NCBI RefSeq assembly: GCF_006345805.1
Contig: NW_021833710.1
Coordinates: forward strand, 23,371-87,370
Direction: 5' to 3'
Source of the DNA: Octopus sinensis
Lineage: Eukaryota
DNA: 64,000 bases
In this document: positions 39,580 through 52,935 of the stretch, in pieces
Numbering within the stretch: the stretch's first letter is position 1
How the letters are laid out: each line of letters begins with the position of its first letter
The notes under the pieces: model-generated
The model's database searches: none
Seen by the model: the letters and a program-made list of their open reading frames with translations, nothing else
Told to the model about the DNA's origin: nothing
Position numbers and translations under genes: made by a program

Positions 39580-40321
39580 AATATTCTCTAGATTTCGTAT
39601 GATTGGCAACATAAACCACAAGTATGGGATATATGAAATCTAATTAATTGAATATATAGACAGGAATATAATTACTGCGAACAAGATGAGATAGCCAATA
39701 AATTTGCACATCAACCTTTGTTCTTGGCAGTGTCATGAGATTCGCAAACTTGAGTGCAATTCCTGTAAGATGGCATTAACTACAGTAGATCGCAGATGAG
39801 ATTGTATGTAGATCTAGTCATGATGGAACTACGAACATATTAGATCAATATAGACTATGAAAAGATGCTTAAATCCAGAAGGTTAGATTTGTGTCTTAAG
39901 AAGTCGTATATCTGCATTATAACGTGACACGTGCTTGGTTCTCTGAGTAAATGATGTCCTATGGGAACCGTTTTGCAAAGTACCATCGGTATATACAGGT
40001 ATTCCTTCTCAAAGTATTATCCACGTTGTGGATCTGCAGGTTTTAATTATATAAGATGAATGGACATTCTACTCGAAGTGGGAAATGGAAATAGTTTTTC
40101 GACATTGGATGATGACGTTAGCGCCATTGTGATGGTCGCCCATTAAAACAGGAAACGAGATGGAAATAAGAGAGTGAATTGAAAATGTCAAAATTGTTGG
40201 CTTGCAATTCGGCATCAAAAGCAGAAAATCCATTCCATCTGCTAACATTTGTCTCCGTATAGACTGTCCTTTTAAAATATTTCTATGCATGTTACAACTT
40301 AAAGCCTAAGTAGAAGAATCA

Positions 40322-40744
40322 GGCGCAGAAGTGGCTGTGTGGTAAGTAGCTTGCTTACCAACCACATGGTTCCGGGTTCAGTCCCACTGCGTGGCATCTT
40401 GGGCAAGTGTCTTCTGCTATAGCCCCGGGCCGACCAATGCCTTGTGAGTGGATTTGGTAGACGGAAACTGAAAGAAGCCCGTCGTATATATGTATATATG
40501 TATATATATGTGTGTGCATGTTTGTGTGTCTGTGTTTGTCCCTCTAGCATTGCTTGACAACCGATGCTGGTGTGTTTACGTCCCCGTCACTTAGCGGTTC
40601 GGCAAAAGTGACCGATATAATAAGTACTAGGCTTACAAAGAATAAGTCCTGGGGTCGATTTGCTCGACTAAAGGCGGTGCTCCAGCATGGCTGCAGTCAA
40701 ATGACTGAAACAAACAAGTAAAAGAGTAAAAGAGTAAAGAGTAT
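40322..40744 (+). mobile_element. SINE family A, full length
   Basis: Head and tail are intact. Confidence 0.92.
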
Positions 40745-42491
40745 ATAAATAAAAACCTTTACAACTGTTTAAAATACATATTTTGCAAACAGATGTACAC
40801 AATGAAGTAATAATACACAAAATATATATTCAAAATTGTTATCAATCCGCATGAAATGTAATTCGTGAATATGTTCATGCCGTAAACCGCGAATATTCTC
40901 TCTATAAAGATCATTTGCAAATGCTGTAGTTGTAGGTCACATATTTGTGATATATACTGGTACTGAGAAAACAGACGGAAGAGGAGGGATACGATTACTA
41001 ATGAAGAGGTTATTTTCCACGGTCCGTTTCGTAAGTCCGAGTTTGCGTCTATTAGCTGTAACGATGAGTAATCTAAGATTAGGTGTGGTGAAATAAGAAG
41101 GTCTGACAATGGGTTTATTTAATATGAAGTGTTAGTTGAGGTCAAAAATTTTAAATATATTGAAGAACAACATAGGAAGAAATATAACTTGTAAAGAAAA
41201 CGGTGGTGCACTTCTATTTTTCCTATTTCCTACCGGATATTTTAGGTATAGAGATCACTCTGGAGCAAAAGTGTATTGTGCTCTCTAAAACTATTATCCG
41301 TTTGGGTAGTTATGGGCGTAACTGGAGACATATTGTTATTATTGGTAGTATAATTTGAAAGAGAGGTTTGTATTCTACGGAGGATGAAAGTGATTGCTAG
41401 ACTTGTGGTTAGTCCTGTTACCATCTCCAATAGAAATACAATCATTAACTTCAGTAATCATTTTATTAATATTTTCTTTCCTTCGCTAATGGAATTATTT
41501 GGAATACTCGTAGTATAATTGTTGTAAGGAATTAGTTGTTTCAAAAATCTTGAGTCTACTGCTGTGAATATTATTTTCGCAGAGAAACCACCAGAATGCA
41601 TGTTTTGCACGCAAATACACGACATAGCTTCAAGATGCAACCGAAAATGTAAATTATGTCGTATCCTAAATTATGTGGAAGACATCACACATGTGATTAT
41701 CAGCTGCCGAAATGTCATGAAGGTACTTCTTCCCTGTGGACACGATGTTGTCATTTAAGTAAAAAGACTATCCTGGAATAAATATACAGAACCACCCTAT
41801 TATTGATACATACGCACACATCAACACAAGGAATACTGGTGCAACATTCCCAGTAAAACATCTGTCAACATACTTTGCCGGATATTGCTGTTTGGGACAG
41901 GCAAGAGAATGCATGTACCGTCTGCTGTACTCCTGACGTGAATATCTCTGAAAATCAAAGATAAAGAGGAAAATTATGTACAACTGCTTCGAAACCTTCT
42001 TTTAAAGGTTATGACTTCACATTTATATTAATAATAATATGCGTACTTGGTTTTGTGAGTAAATGACAATCCAGATAAGCAAGAGTTTTCAGAAAAAGAA
42101 ATCAACTAACTCGCACATTACAAATACAGTTTGTAAGTGGAACACTGATAATGTGCAAGTCTTTTCTCAAGTTTAAAATGTGACATTGTTATTGTTTTTT
42201 ACATTCCAGTGATGGAGTTTGTATTTTGTTAGAAACTACTTTTCTTCCACAGAGGAAGATCTTAAATGATTAAAAGCAAAAGAGAACATACATAACAACA
42301 GTGTGCAGTAAGATACAGGAAGTGGCAAGCTAAATACAGTGACAATGGTATCCTAAATAGAATTTCAATGGTAAGCCAGATAGGGTTCAGTGTCAAGGTA
42401 CACCTTGAGAGGTGGTACCAGCCTAAGAAGTATATCGACCAGAAGACGAGTGAGTCTGAGAAAGGAGGAGGTTCAGTCAAACAGAATCAAA

Positions 42492-42548
<57 letters not shown>

Positions 42549-43501
42549 TGTATGGTTGTCCGCTGATTTTGACAGTGAGTCAATTGGTTTAAATTGCCTT
42601 CTCATTCAATTAACCAGAAAAAGAGCTGAGCATACCGCAGACGCGTGGTACCACTAGGCTGAACGTTGGAACTGTGAGTACAATCTATCTGATTGTTTTC
42701 TATACGATATCCTTCAATCCAATTTCAATCACAAAGCTGAAGCTATAAAAAAATAATATAAAATAAACAATCATTTGATCAAGCTCCCACGCAGTAGGGT
42801 CCAAACTGAGCCCCCACCACTTATAAATACAAACATAGACACGCACACACACCATGACCCACATACGTATACACAGACCGTTGTAGGCAAGTATTTGTAT
42901 GCTGCTTTTAGTTTTCAGATTCGTTTTTAAATCATAAACTGTAAATATTGTTGGAATTCTAAATACGAAATTTACGTTTAAGTCAAATTTTTGGTATCAT
43001 TTCTTAATTTTCTATTTTTTTTCTCCTATTGACTAGTTTCTAATTTTCTGCTAAGATGTCATATTTTTTTCAGCTAGTGAAATATTCACACTACTTAGCT
43101 TCTCCTGTATATCATTTCATTGGTTAAAAATATTAAATAAAACTACTTTTTTTAAATAAATATTCCTAATATATATTCATTTCTCTTCCTCTTACTTCTT
43201 TTTGGTTTATTTTCTAATGTTTTGCTTATAAAGTTCACAAAATAACTTTGTGGCGATAAAGAAACTTTCTTGAAAGAATCATGCTCGAAACTACAGAACA
43301 CTCTTTTACCTTAAGTCACAAAGACTTGCTATTTTATGAATTTTGTTAGCTATTTTATTCGATGCAGAACAACACTTGCTTTCCCTGAAATCTCTTTAGA
43401 TAACATTTTTTTTTCTGTCATACATTAGCGTCGAGTTCTCTGTTGTCAGAACAGACCTGTATTCATAGAACCTCGGTCCTTTTGCGTGTATGTGTGTGTA
43501 C

Positions 43502-43545
<44 letters not shown>

Positions 43546-44067
43546 GAGACAGACAGACAGACAGACAGAGGGAGAGACAGAGAGAAACATAGTGAGGGAG
43601 AGACAGAAAGACAGAGAGAGGGGAGGTGTAGAGGGAGAGAGAGAGATATTTAATGTGCATCATGGACTATACGACCCAGTGTATATCACTTTATAACGAT
43701 AGACGTAACCTGCATTACGACTATTTTTAACAGGATGCTCGACTATAAAAAGTTCAGCGTTATGACCATTAGTGTAATTAGGCTGTTCAATTTAAAGTGC
43801 TAGTTTTAGTAGCGTGGAAATTACAACAGGGAGCCGAGAATCAAATATTTCAGATTTTATTATATTTATATATCTATATCCGTGTTTGTGTGCATGTGTG
43901 TGTATGTGTATCTGTACATGCATGTATCATTATAGTTCAAATGTTGTTACATTCGGTGTTGAGAACAACATTTATCAGCAAGACCTGTGACCAAAAGCGT
44001 TAGAGCCTGTGACAAGCATTGCTTTACACTTTGCAAACAGTCTATCTACAAGTATATAATTTAATGT

Positions 44068-44452
44068 GGAGGCGCAATGGCCCATTGGTTAGGGCAGCGG
44101 ACTCGCGGTTACAGGATCGTGGTTTCGATTCCCAGACCGGGCGTTGTGAGTGTTTATTGAGCGAAAACACCTAAAAGCACCACGACGCTCCGGCAGGGGA
44201 TGGTGGTGATCCCTGCTGTACTCTTTCACCACAACTTTCTCTCACTCTTACTTCCTGTTTCTGTTGTACCTGTATTTCAAGGGGCCGGCCTTGTCACTCT
44301 CTGTGTCACGCTGAATATCCCCGAGAACTACGTTAAGGGTGCACGTGTCTGTGGAGTGCTCAGCCACTTACACGTTAATTTCAGGAGCAGGCTGTTCCGT
44401 TGATTCGGATCAACCGGAACCCTCATCGTCGTAACCGACGGAGTGCTTCCAA
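44068..44452 (+). mobile_element. SINE family C, full length with 16-bp TSD
   Basis: ATATAATTTAATGTGG occurs at 44054-44069 and 44458-44473. Confidence 0.93.
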
Positions 44453-45355
44453 TATCCATATAATTTAATGTGGTCAACATTTCATAATACACGCGGTATA
44501 ATTTGTAAAATATCCTAAAAATGTATATCTTCACCTCAAAAATGTCTTATTATATAAAGCTTCATCAGATAAAGGCTAATTCAAGAACATTATTGCAGTC
44601 TCTGTGAGAATAACGGACGGAAAGGTAGGACAGATTAATGATTAGACTGGTATCCTTTTCTGAAATATTGTTATTTGTGATAAACTGATGAAGTTAACCA
44701 TTCCAGAATAGATGTAATACACTCAATGCGCTTTCGTTCACTTTCAGATATTTTATGTTCATTCACAAATCTGAATAGACCTGAGGATAAGGGAAAAGAC
44801 AATGAATCTAGTTTCAGCAGAATGGGATCGAACCAAAAATCCCGTAATTGCAAGACAAACTCCCTAACTCTGTAATAAAGCTGTATTATGACATACTCAA
44901 GTGTATGTGTTTGAATGAAATATATCGTGTGTGCGTACGTGCTTACACGCTGTCATACATGCACGTGCGTGCTCGTACATGCTTGTGCATTTTTTCACAT
45001 GAATGTATATATTTCTTTCTTTGCTTTAATTGTTTGCGCTCTTCTGTCAAGAAATGTGCTTGCTTCTAACAAGAAACAATGCTCAATCACTGAGAATTTG
45101 ATAACAACAAGGATACGGGTTTCGTGGTGAATATCCATTAACCTTTTATAATTTTATTCTTCGGTTTATAAACTGCATTGTCAAGAGTTTGTTAGCTGGC
45201 TCTTAAATTTCATTGAAAATCTAAGCTTTCCGAATCGTCGCTTAAATATAGGTTTGTGCGTTCCTATGGATGTATGGCTGGATGGATGTAAGATGTGTGG
45301 AGAGAGGGATGTGTGCGTGTATTTCTGTGTAGAATTTTATGTGAGTATGCAAGTA

Positions 45356-45386
<31 letters not shown>

Positions 45387-45499
45387 ATGAGAGCAAGTGA
45401 ATACTATTAATGTTTTTTTAATATTGCTGGCATCATTTCAGCTGCACTTTTGTTCAATTAATACAAAATATTCCAAGTAACAGTAATATTGTAATTATA

Positions 45500-45729
45500 T
45501 ATTTCTTTACAACCCACAAGGGGTTAAACTCAGGGGGGACAAACAAGGATAGACAAACGGATTAAGTCGATTACATCGACCCCAGTGCGTTACTGGTACT
45601 TATTTAATCGACCCCGAAAGGATGAAAGGCAAAGTTGACCTCGGCGGAATTTGAACTTAGAACGTAATGGCAGACAAAATACGGCTAAGCATTTCACCCG
45701 GCGTGCTAACGTTTCTGCCAGCTCGTCGC
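45500..45729 (-). mobile_element. SINE family B (long-tail) with 16-bp TSD
   Basis: TAATATTGTAATTATA (45484-45499) and TAATAGTGTAATTATA (45730-45745) flank the copy. Confidence 0.92.
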
Positions 45730-46864
45730 TAATAGTGTAATTATAGGAACACTAGTATCTGTCTATTTAATACGAATTGTTTTTTTTTCCAGTGTTTTAG
45801 TATAGTCTTCCAAAGTGGAATTAAACGAGGCAACCGTTATTTCACAATGGATCAAAAGAAAACTACTTGTACATGCACTCATTTGTTAATCGAGCAAAAC
45901 ATTTGTCCCAGATTTCCGACATATATTACAAAATTAATATAAAATTGTGACAGTACATTATTGAAAAGGGTCAGTTCTTGATTTCATACATGTTTGCAGG
46001 CAAAGAAACAATAGAGTGACTGCACTTTTACATGAAGAGGAAAATAGTTATGTAGACGCTTCATTTATTGAATCTTCACAAAAAAGACAGTTTCCAAATT
46101 TATCTTTTCTATTTTCGGTTTATGTATTCCAACTGTCCAGTAGTTTAATTTGATTACTACACCTAGTTTTATGAACGAAATTCCAAATTTTGTACGAGTA
46201 ATAGAACCAACATCTTTATCAAGACATTTTGTAACTTTTCTTTCTTTCTTTCTCTGTTTCTTTCTCTTTCTTTCTTTTTTCTTTCTTTATTTTTTCTTTC
46301 TCTTTCTCTTTAATGCAGCTTTAAAAAGGGCATCCAGTCAAACATTGGGGGAAACCTCTTACTTTGGTGATCAGGTCACATCACTTTCCTCATTAAGTAA
46401 CATCACTATCTCTACCCATATTTTTCATAACTCTTGATTCCAGAATCTACTGTGTCATTTGGATTATATGTTATAGTGGAAAAGTAATGATTAATATCAT
46501 GCGGATTGCTATCATATAATGCCTTTAGTGTGTGTCAGAAATATTCCGTCTATTTCATACTGTTTGGACTGTGATCATATATTCTTCTTGATATTCTTTT
46601 CATCTGGTAAGTGTTGGAATATGAATTTGATATCATTATGAAGGACACAGAATAGCCCTCACAGAAATTTAAATCTTCGTCATCGATATCCCCTAATTCA
46701 GTATAGAAGTTTTCCTCTTCATGGGAGGTGTACTCCCAACGCTTATTTTAATACTTTTCTGACGTTTTATACTTTCGTCTTTTTTCTAAAACGTCTCTCA
46801 GTTCCCTTCGGTCACCATCAGGTCTCTATTTTCCATTATTGTACAGGGGCTACGGCCATGATTT

Positions 46865-47085
46865 CATCTCCTTGATTACTCTTTTACTTGTTTCAATCAT
46901 TTCACTGTGGCCATGCTGGAGCACCGCCTTTAGTCGAGCATATCGACCCCAGGACTTATTCTTTGTAAGCCTAGTACTTACTCTATCGGTCTCTTTTGCC
47001 GAACCGCTAAGTTACGGGGACGTAAACACACCAGCATCGGTTGTCAAGCGATGTTGGGGTGGACAAGCACAGACACACATACATA

Positions 47086-47119
<34 letters not shown>

Positions 47120-47304
47120 ATATATATACATACATATACACCACGGGCGTCTTTCAGTTTCCGTCTACCAAATCCACTCACAAGGCTTTGGTCGGCCCTA
47201 GGCTATAGTAGAAGACACTTGCCCAAGGTGCCACGCAATGGGACTGAACCCAGAACCATGTGCTTGGTAAGCAAGTTACTTACCACACAGCCACTCCTAC
47301 GCCT
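46865..47304 (-). mobile_element. SINE family A, full length
   Basis: Reverse-complement match from head to tail. Confidence 0.9.
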
Positions 47305-47799
47305 ACGATTATTTAGTTGTTGCAGATGTTACTTTTTCTATGGTCGACTTGTTGTTTCTGCGTGTTGTAGCTAGGAGACTAGGTCCTCACAATGAAATCC
47401 GAGAAAAATTTTGGCAACTCTAGGATTGTGCTTGTTAACGCCTACGGGAAAGCAACTACCATATTTTTCGGCTGATGATGTTTTCATACTTTTAGGCTTT
47501 CAGGGATCACAACCTTTACATAAATTTTGTTGGAACACGTGCAGCAGTCTTGATCTCTATCTCTCACGCTGAGCTTTAATGCCTTCTCAAAAAGACTTTA
47601 GTATTGTTCTGTGGTGTTGTGTGGAGTTGTATGTCCGTGTCCATCCTACATGTCGTTACAGATTACCTTCCCTTATCGCGTCACAAATGTACTGAGTAAT
47701 CAGGAGTTAAACACGTAACCAATGTTCCAGATTGTGAATTTTCTGTTCTTTATTCCAGAATATTGTGTGAGTAGTCTAAGGGTAGGTGTCTCTCAGGCA

Positions 47800-48270
47800 A
47801 TTTAGGTATGTTCTTTTTCCGCGTTCTCTGTTTTGAAATGGTGCATACGGCACCAAATGTCCTCCTTTTACTGGTAAATACCATGGATACAATTGTTAAC
47901 AGAGATGTTCTTCATCACTTGGAATCTATGTCACTCAATCTCTTCAGTCAATGCTACAACAGTTAACCCAGAGTCACAGTTACTGAAGACCTACCCTCTC
48001 CTGTTCAGTCACAAGCCGACACACTTTAAAGATGATCGCCGAGAACCATGCTGTTACTTTGGACATGAAATAAGCATTCGACCATGTTTGGAAAGCAGTC
48101 AAAACATCTTGATTACTGTCTCCAACGATATCACATCAATTTGATTGGTGAGTTCCCATCACATTTTTTCATTGTAGCATATAACGACAGAGCTCTTTCT
48201 GGCCCATTTAAAATCAAATTTGGTATTTCTCAGAGTTATTTCTCTCATCAAATCTCTTCTTTCTAAAAAT
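47800..48270 (+). pseudogene. Decayed LINE reverse transcriptase (CR1/L2-group-like)
   Basis: HAVTLDMK*AFDHVW resembles LDISKAFDRVWH. It is followed by ..SGPFKIKFGISQ.., resembling the GVPQG motif. Confidence 0.6.
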
Positions 48271-48477
48271 CAATCACCAATTTACCACATCAAAAAAGCG
48301 GCTATTCGTATGCAGTTGACGTAACTCGTTATTTATCCCAATCTTCCCTTACCATATGTGATTCACACACAAAATAGGGGCCAGAAGCCGAACCTACATT
48401 AAATTCTATTGGTTGGTAGGGCTATGCCAAACTCACCTCTTTTAACAGTCGAAACATATCCTAAATCTCAAGCATTA

Positions 48478-48680
48478 CTCTTTTCTTCTCTAGGTACAAG
48501 GCCGGAAATTGTTGGGGAGGAGGCCAGTCGATTAGATCGACCCTAGTACGCAACTGGTGCTTAATTTATCGACCCCCGAATGGATGAAAGGCAAAGTCGA
48601 CCTCGGCGGAATTTGAACTCAGAAGGTAAAGGAAGACGAAATACCGCTAAGCATTTCGCCCGGCGCGCTAACGTTTCTGC
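48478..48680 (-). mobile_element. SINE family B, short-tail form
   Basis: B core plus the GGCCTTGTACCTAGAGAGAAAAG-type tail. Confidence 0.88.
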
Positions 48681-49220
48681 CACCTCATTACCTTAAAACT
48701 CAAGCATTATTACAGTAAGAAAACATTACCGCACCACACTGCCTCTAAACGTGAGCAGCACACAGCCAATCTTCTCGCAAAATCGCAACAAATGCTGGAC
48801 CACAGCATCTCCAAACTCTTCTCTTTAGAAACAATAGCCATATTTCAGCCTCCCACAGCTGCTGGCGATATTCTAGCGGAATCATTAACTGCAATCATTA
48901 ATCATTAACTGCAATAATGGCATAATTCTTGCCATTCGTACAGAGCATACAAGAATCATGGGTTCTGAACTTTTCTCCAAACTAAGGAGGTTGTACTAGA
49001 AGGTTCCACTTAAAGTATCTGCCAAGAATATTTGTAAACCTTTTTTGAATGGAAACCAAGAAAATCCCTGAAAATTTGATAAGGTTCCTGTTGTTCCTTT
49101 ATTTCTTCTTGTGAACGTAGCTGCCTGGCATCTTTTAGCAAACTGTTTCAAATCTTTCATATTCATTTTGCAAAGAAAACTCGTGAACAACGGCCATGAT
49201 CTCCTGCTACTGCTGTTGGC

Positions 49221-49282
<62 letters not shown>

Positions 49283-49287
49283 TGATG

Positions 49288-49352
<65 letters not shown>

Positions 49353-49397
49353 TTGGTAGTAGACGATCTAAATTTGGTATATATATATAGAGAGAGA

Positions 49398-50509
49398 AAC
49401 GCTACCCGACCACAGAGTAATTAGTGTTAATTCATAGCTCACCACCTCCTTGCACTAAATCGCAAAGAGGAACATAAACCTATGCTCAACTTTACCCGAC
49501 AATACGACCTTTATATTTCTTCTCCCCATTTTTTTATGTCCCAAAGCTGTGGATACGTGCGTAGTGCAACAACATTACTCGTTGCTTCTTCTCATACCCA
49601 GTATTAAAGATCAGATACTATCTTCTGCAAATCCCATGTCGCTGTATGGAACACCTATTTTACTACAGTTTCATCCGGCTCTCCCATTGTAGGTATGTTG
49701 GAGCTCCCGTATATCTTTAAAGAGAAGTTTATCACCTTTCTCCTTGGTCACTGCTCTATTTCTAACCGCGGGCGAGAAGTCACCATTTGTTGTAACATAC
49801 TTTTTCCATGTTTGTTTTTCTTCTCTAAGAGCAGAAATATATCGATCATCTCCTGATTAGCAATGCTAACAAAACTGCTATTGCTATTAACGTTGTTATA
49901 AATATCGTTGTTGTTTCTTTCTCATTTGTTAAGGCGAAATTATTTTCTATACCTTCTTGTTCACATGTATTTATTTTCCTGTTTCGTCTGTCATTTTTTT
50001 CCAGTCTGCGATATTGTTTACAAATTTTTCTGTCGAAGAGCTTCGGGGCATAATTGGTGCTACCCCATTTATTACAAGCAACTTTACCAGCTTTTCTAGA
50101 AGTCATATTAAATTACCAGTGAACTGCAATTTTAGAAAACAAATACATCATATATGTATAAGACAAAACATTATTAACCCTTGCAATGGTATAGAATCAA
50201 AGCAGTTATTTAGAGAAATGAAGCAAAAATGAAATGCATTGGAGATCTTTTACCATCAATGTTTTACTTATTTCAGTCAGTAGGGAACGGCCATGCTGGA
50301 GCCCCATCTTGCAAAAGTTTTGTGGAATGGATCGACCACGTTACTCACTTTTGGAACCGGGTACTTATTCGGTCGGATACCTTATGCCAAACTGTTAAGT
50401 TACGGGGACATAAAAACACAAACACCGGTTGTCAAACGGGAGTGAAGAACATCACGGACGCAATGACACGCACACGCACATTCATATATACATAGATATA
50501 TGCGTATTA

Positions 50510-50562
<53 letters not shown>

Positions 50563-50610
50563 ATATATAAATATATATATGTTGTATGTATATACGTGTG
50601 TGTATATATA

Positions 50611-50667
<57 letters not shown>

Positions 50668-50711
50668 GTATATATATATATATATATACACATATGGGTA
50701 TACAAATATAA

Positions 50712-50743
<32 letters not shown>

Positions 50744-50745
50744 TA

Positions 50746-50787
<42 letters not shown>

Positions 50788-51313
50788 CACGACGGGATTA
50801 TTTCAGTTTCCGTCTCTCACATCTACTACCAATGCTCGGACTGCCCGGGGCAATAGTAAAAGACATTTACCCAGGATGCCTCGAAGTGAAACTGGAACCA
50901 AAGCCATCTGACCGGAAAGTAATTTTCTTGCCACACGATCATTCTTGTGCTGTTTTAATTACAAAAGGATTACTGAAGAAAATACAAAGGGAATGATTTT
51001 AGCAGCTGAGGTCCAGGTCCTAACTGTAAAGTGGATAAAGACAATGATAAATATCGGGAGCACTAAAGCAAAAGCTGAATATACAACGACGTATGTAAGT
51101 TCCAAATGCTCAATTACGCTCAAAAGAGCACATTTTAAGTTTGGCTAAAAAGGAATAGAAAACTGTAGGCATGATGAGATTTAGGAACTCAGATGAATAA
51201 TGTAAGAATGAATTTTGGAAAGCAAGAGCTTTATATGGGATCGTTTCCAGAAAACTGCATACGAATAGCGTAGAAAGATAAAATGATTCGTAGTTTAGAC
51301 TTTGTGAGATCGT
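49398..51313 (+). repeat. ~1.9-kb direct duplication, copy 1
   Basis: Collinear with 55091-56936 from AACGCTACCCGAC to GACTTTGTGAGATCGT. It includes a decayed SINE A and LINE sequence. Confidence 0.92.
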
Positions 51314-51570
51314 CCGCCAGAAAGCGTCATTTAAGCTTTTACAAAAATGAATACGTTGAATGGCATAAAAACTACAACAGCAACAACAATAATAATAATA
51401 ATTTCAAATTTTGTCACAAGGGCAGAAATGTTGTGGAGAGGATGAGTCGATTACATAAAATCCCAGTGTACAACTGGTACATATTGTATCGACCCCCGAA
51501 AAGATGAAAGGTAAATTTGACCTCACATAATAATATAATAATAATAATGATAATAATGATAATAATAATG

Positions 51571-51603
<33 letters not shown>

Positions 51604-52479
51604 TATAATAATAATGATAAAATAATAATAAAATAATTTGGTATTAGTCAATCTAAATATTATATAATATCTATATATATATATATAATATATATATATA
51701 TATACGTTTAAATATTTGTTGTGCAAGATTTTTTATGTGAAATCGAGTGTTGAAACTGATATTGTTATATTTCGGAATGGTCATTTTGCCAGTTTAGCCA
51801 ATAAAAACACACGCACTATATATTTGGTGTTATTTTGCTTCAGTGATATTTATTTTTTACATTAATCTTAATCTTATTTCGGCCAGAGTTCTTTCGTCAC
51901 ACTCCTGTGACCGCATCAGTGGTCTTTTGTTTTCTTCTTTCGTATTTGTGTCTCTCCTTACTAACCGTCAGCCAATTTGTATTTCTATTGTATGTCTTCA
52001 TTTGCGCATGCTTATATCTCTATGTGCGTCTATGTTTATTTAGTGTGTGTGTGGGGGGATGCCTGTAATATTTGTATCTTCTGTTTATATACATTCATGT
52101 AATTTGTATTTTGTTTTTGTTGTTGTTGCTTTTGTTCTAATTTTGTTCATGTGTTTACATCCACCCATTATTATCATTACATATGCTTGTATGTATGTAT
52201 AACAACAATATTAGTAATAATAATAATAATTCGAATCGAAAAAAAAAAATATATATATATACATACATATACATACATAGATATATATACATATATATAG
52301 TTATTCATATATATATATACATACATATACATACATAGATATATATACATATATATAGTTATTCATATATATATATACAAACATATACATACATAGATAT
52401 ATATACATATATATAGTTATTCATTTCTATTTGTTTATTTATCTGTGTATTTATTTATTATTTTCGGGATCCTCTATCG

Positions 52480-52935
52480 TCATATGTTGTGGTGTGTGCT
52501 ATTGCTCCATTCTAGTTTTCTATTCAGCTAGGTTAATTTCTATTATATGTGTAGCTTCTGTAATTTGTCTAATTGTTGCATCTGTTCTATGTGTGGACAA
52601 TATCTTAATCTCTATGTTATTGATTGATCCCCCGTGTTCCTGTTCGGCGTGTTGGTACAGAATCGACGAGCTTTTAACTTCCTTCATTTGTCTCCAATGT
52701 GCATTCACCCGCTCTCCTATGCTTCTTGCCGTTTCCCCTACGTATGATATTGTCTTGTTACTGCATCGTCCCTCTATACATCTTATACTATAGACTACAT
52801 TCTGGCTTACAGTTTGTTTGTGCTAAATCTACATACAGTGCAATAGTTATCCGTACAGAGGGTTCTACTAAAAGGATAGGTCTAACAATTATAGATTGAT
52901 AGGGTTGCCTGGCTTTTCAACGACCTTAATTTTAG
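52480..52935 (-). pseudogene. Frameshifted C-terminal GIY-YIG endonuclease of the PLE
   Basis: Pieces read CTDNYCTVC, VVYSIRCIEGRCSNKTISYVGETARSIGERVNAH, LYQHAEQEH, RQITEATHI and LNRKLEW. About five frame changes are needed to join them. Confidence 0.85.

Noticed and set aside
40085-40200. Possible C/D snoRNA (GATGATGA C-box-like)
   Set aside because: No D box (CTGA) or terminal stem at a suitable distance.
49846-50232. ORFs conserved at 49846-50232 and 55535-55921 as evidence of selection
   Set aside because: Their similarity is explained by the local duplication, and no domain is recognisable.
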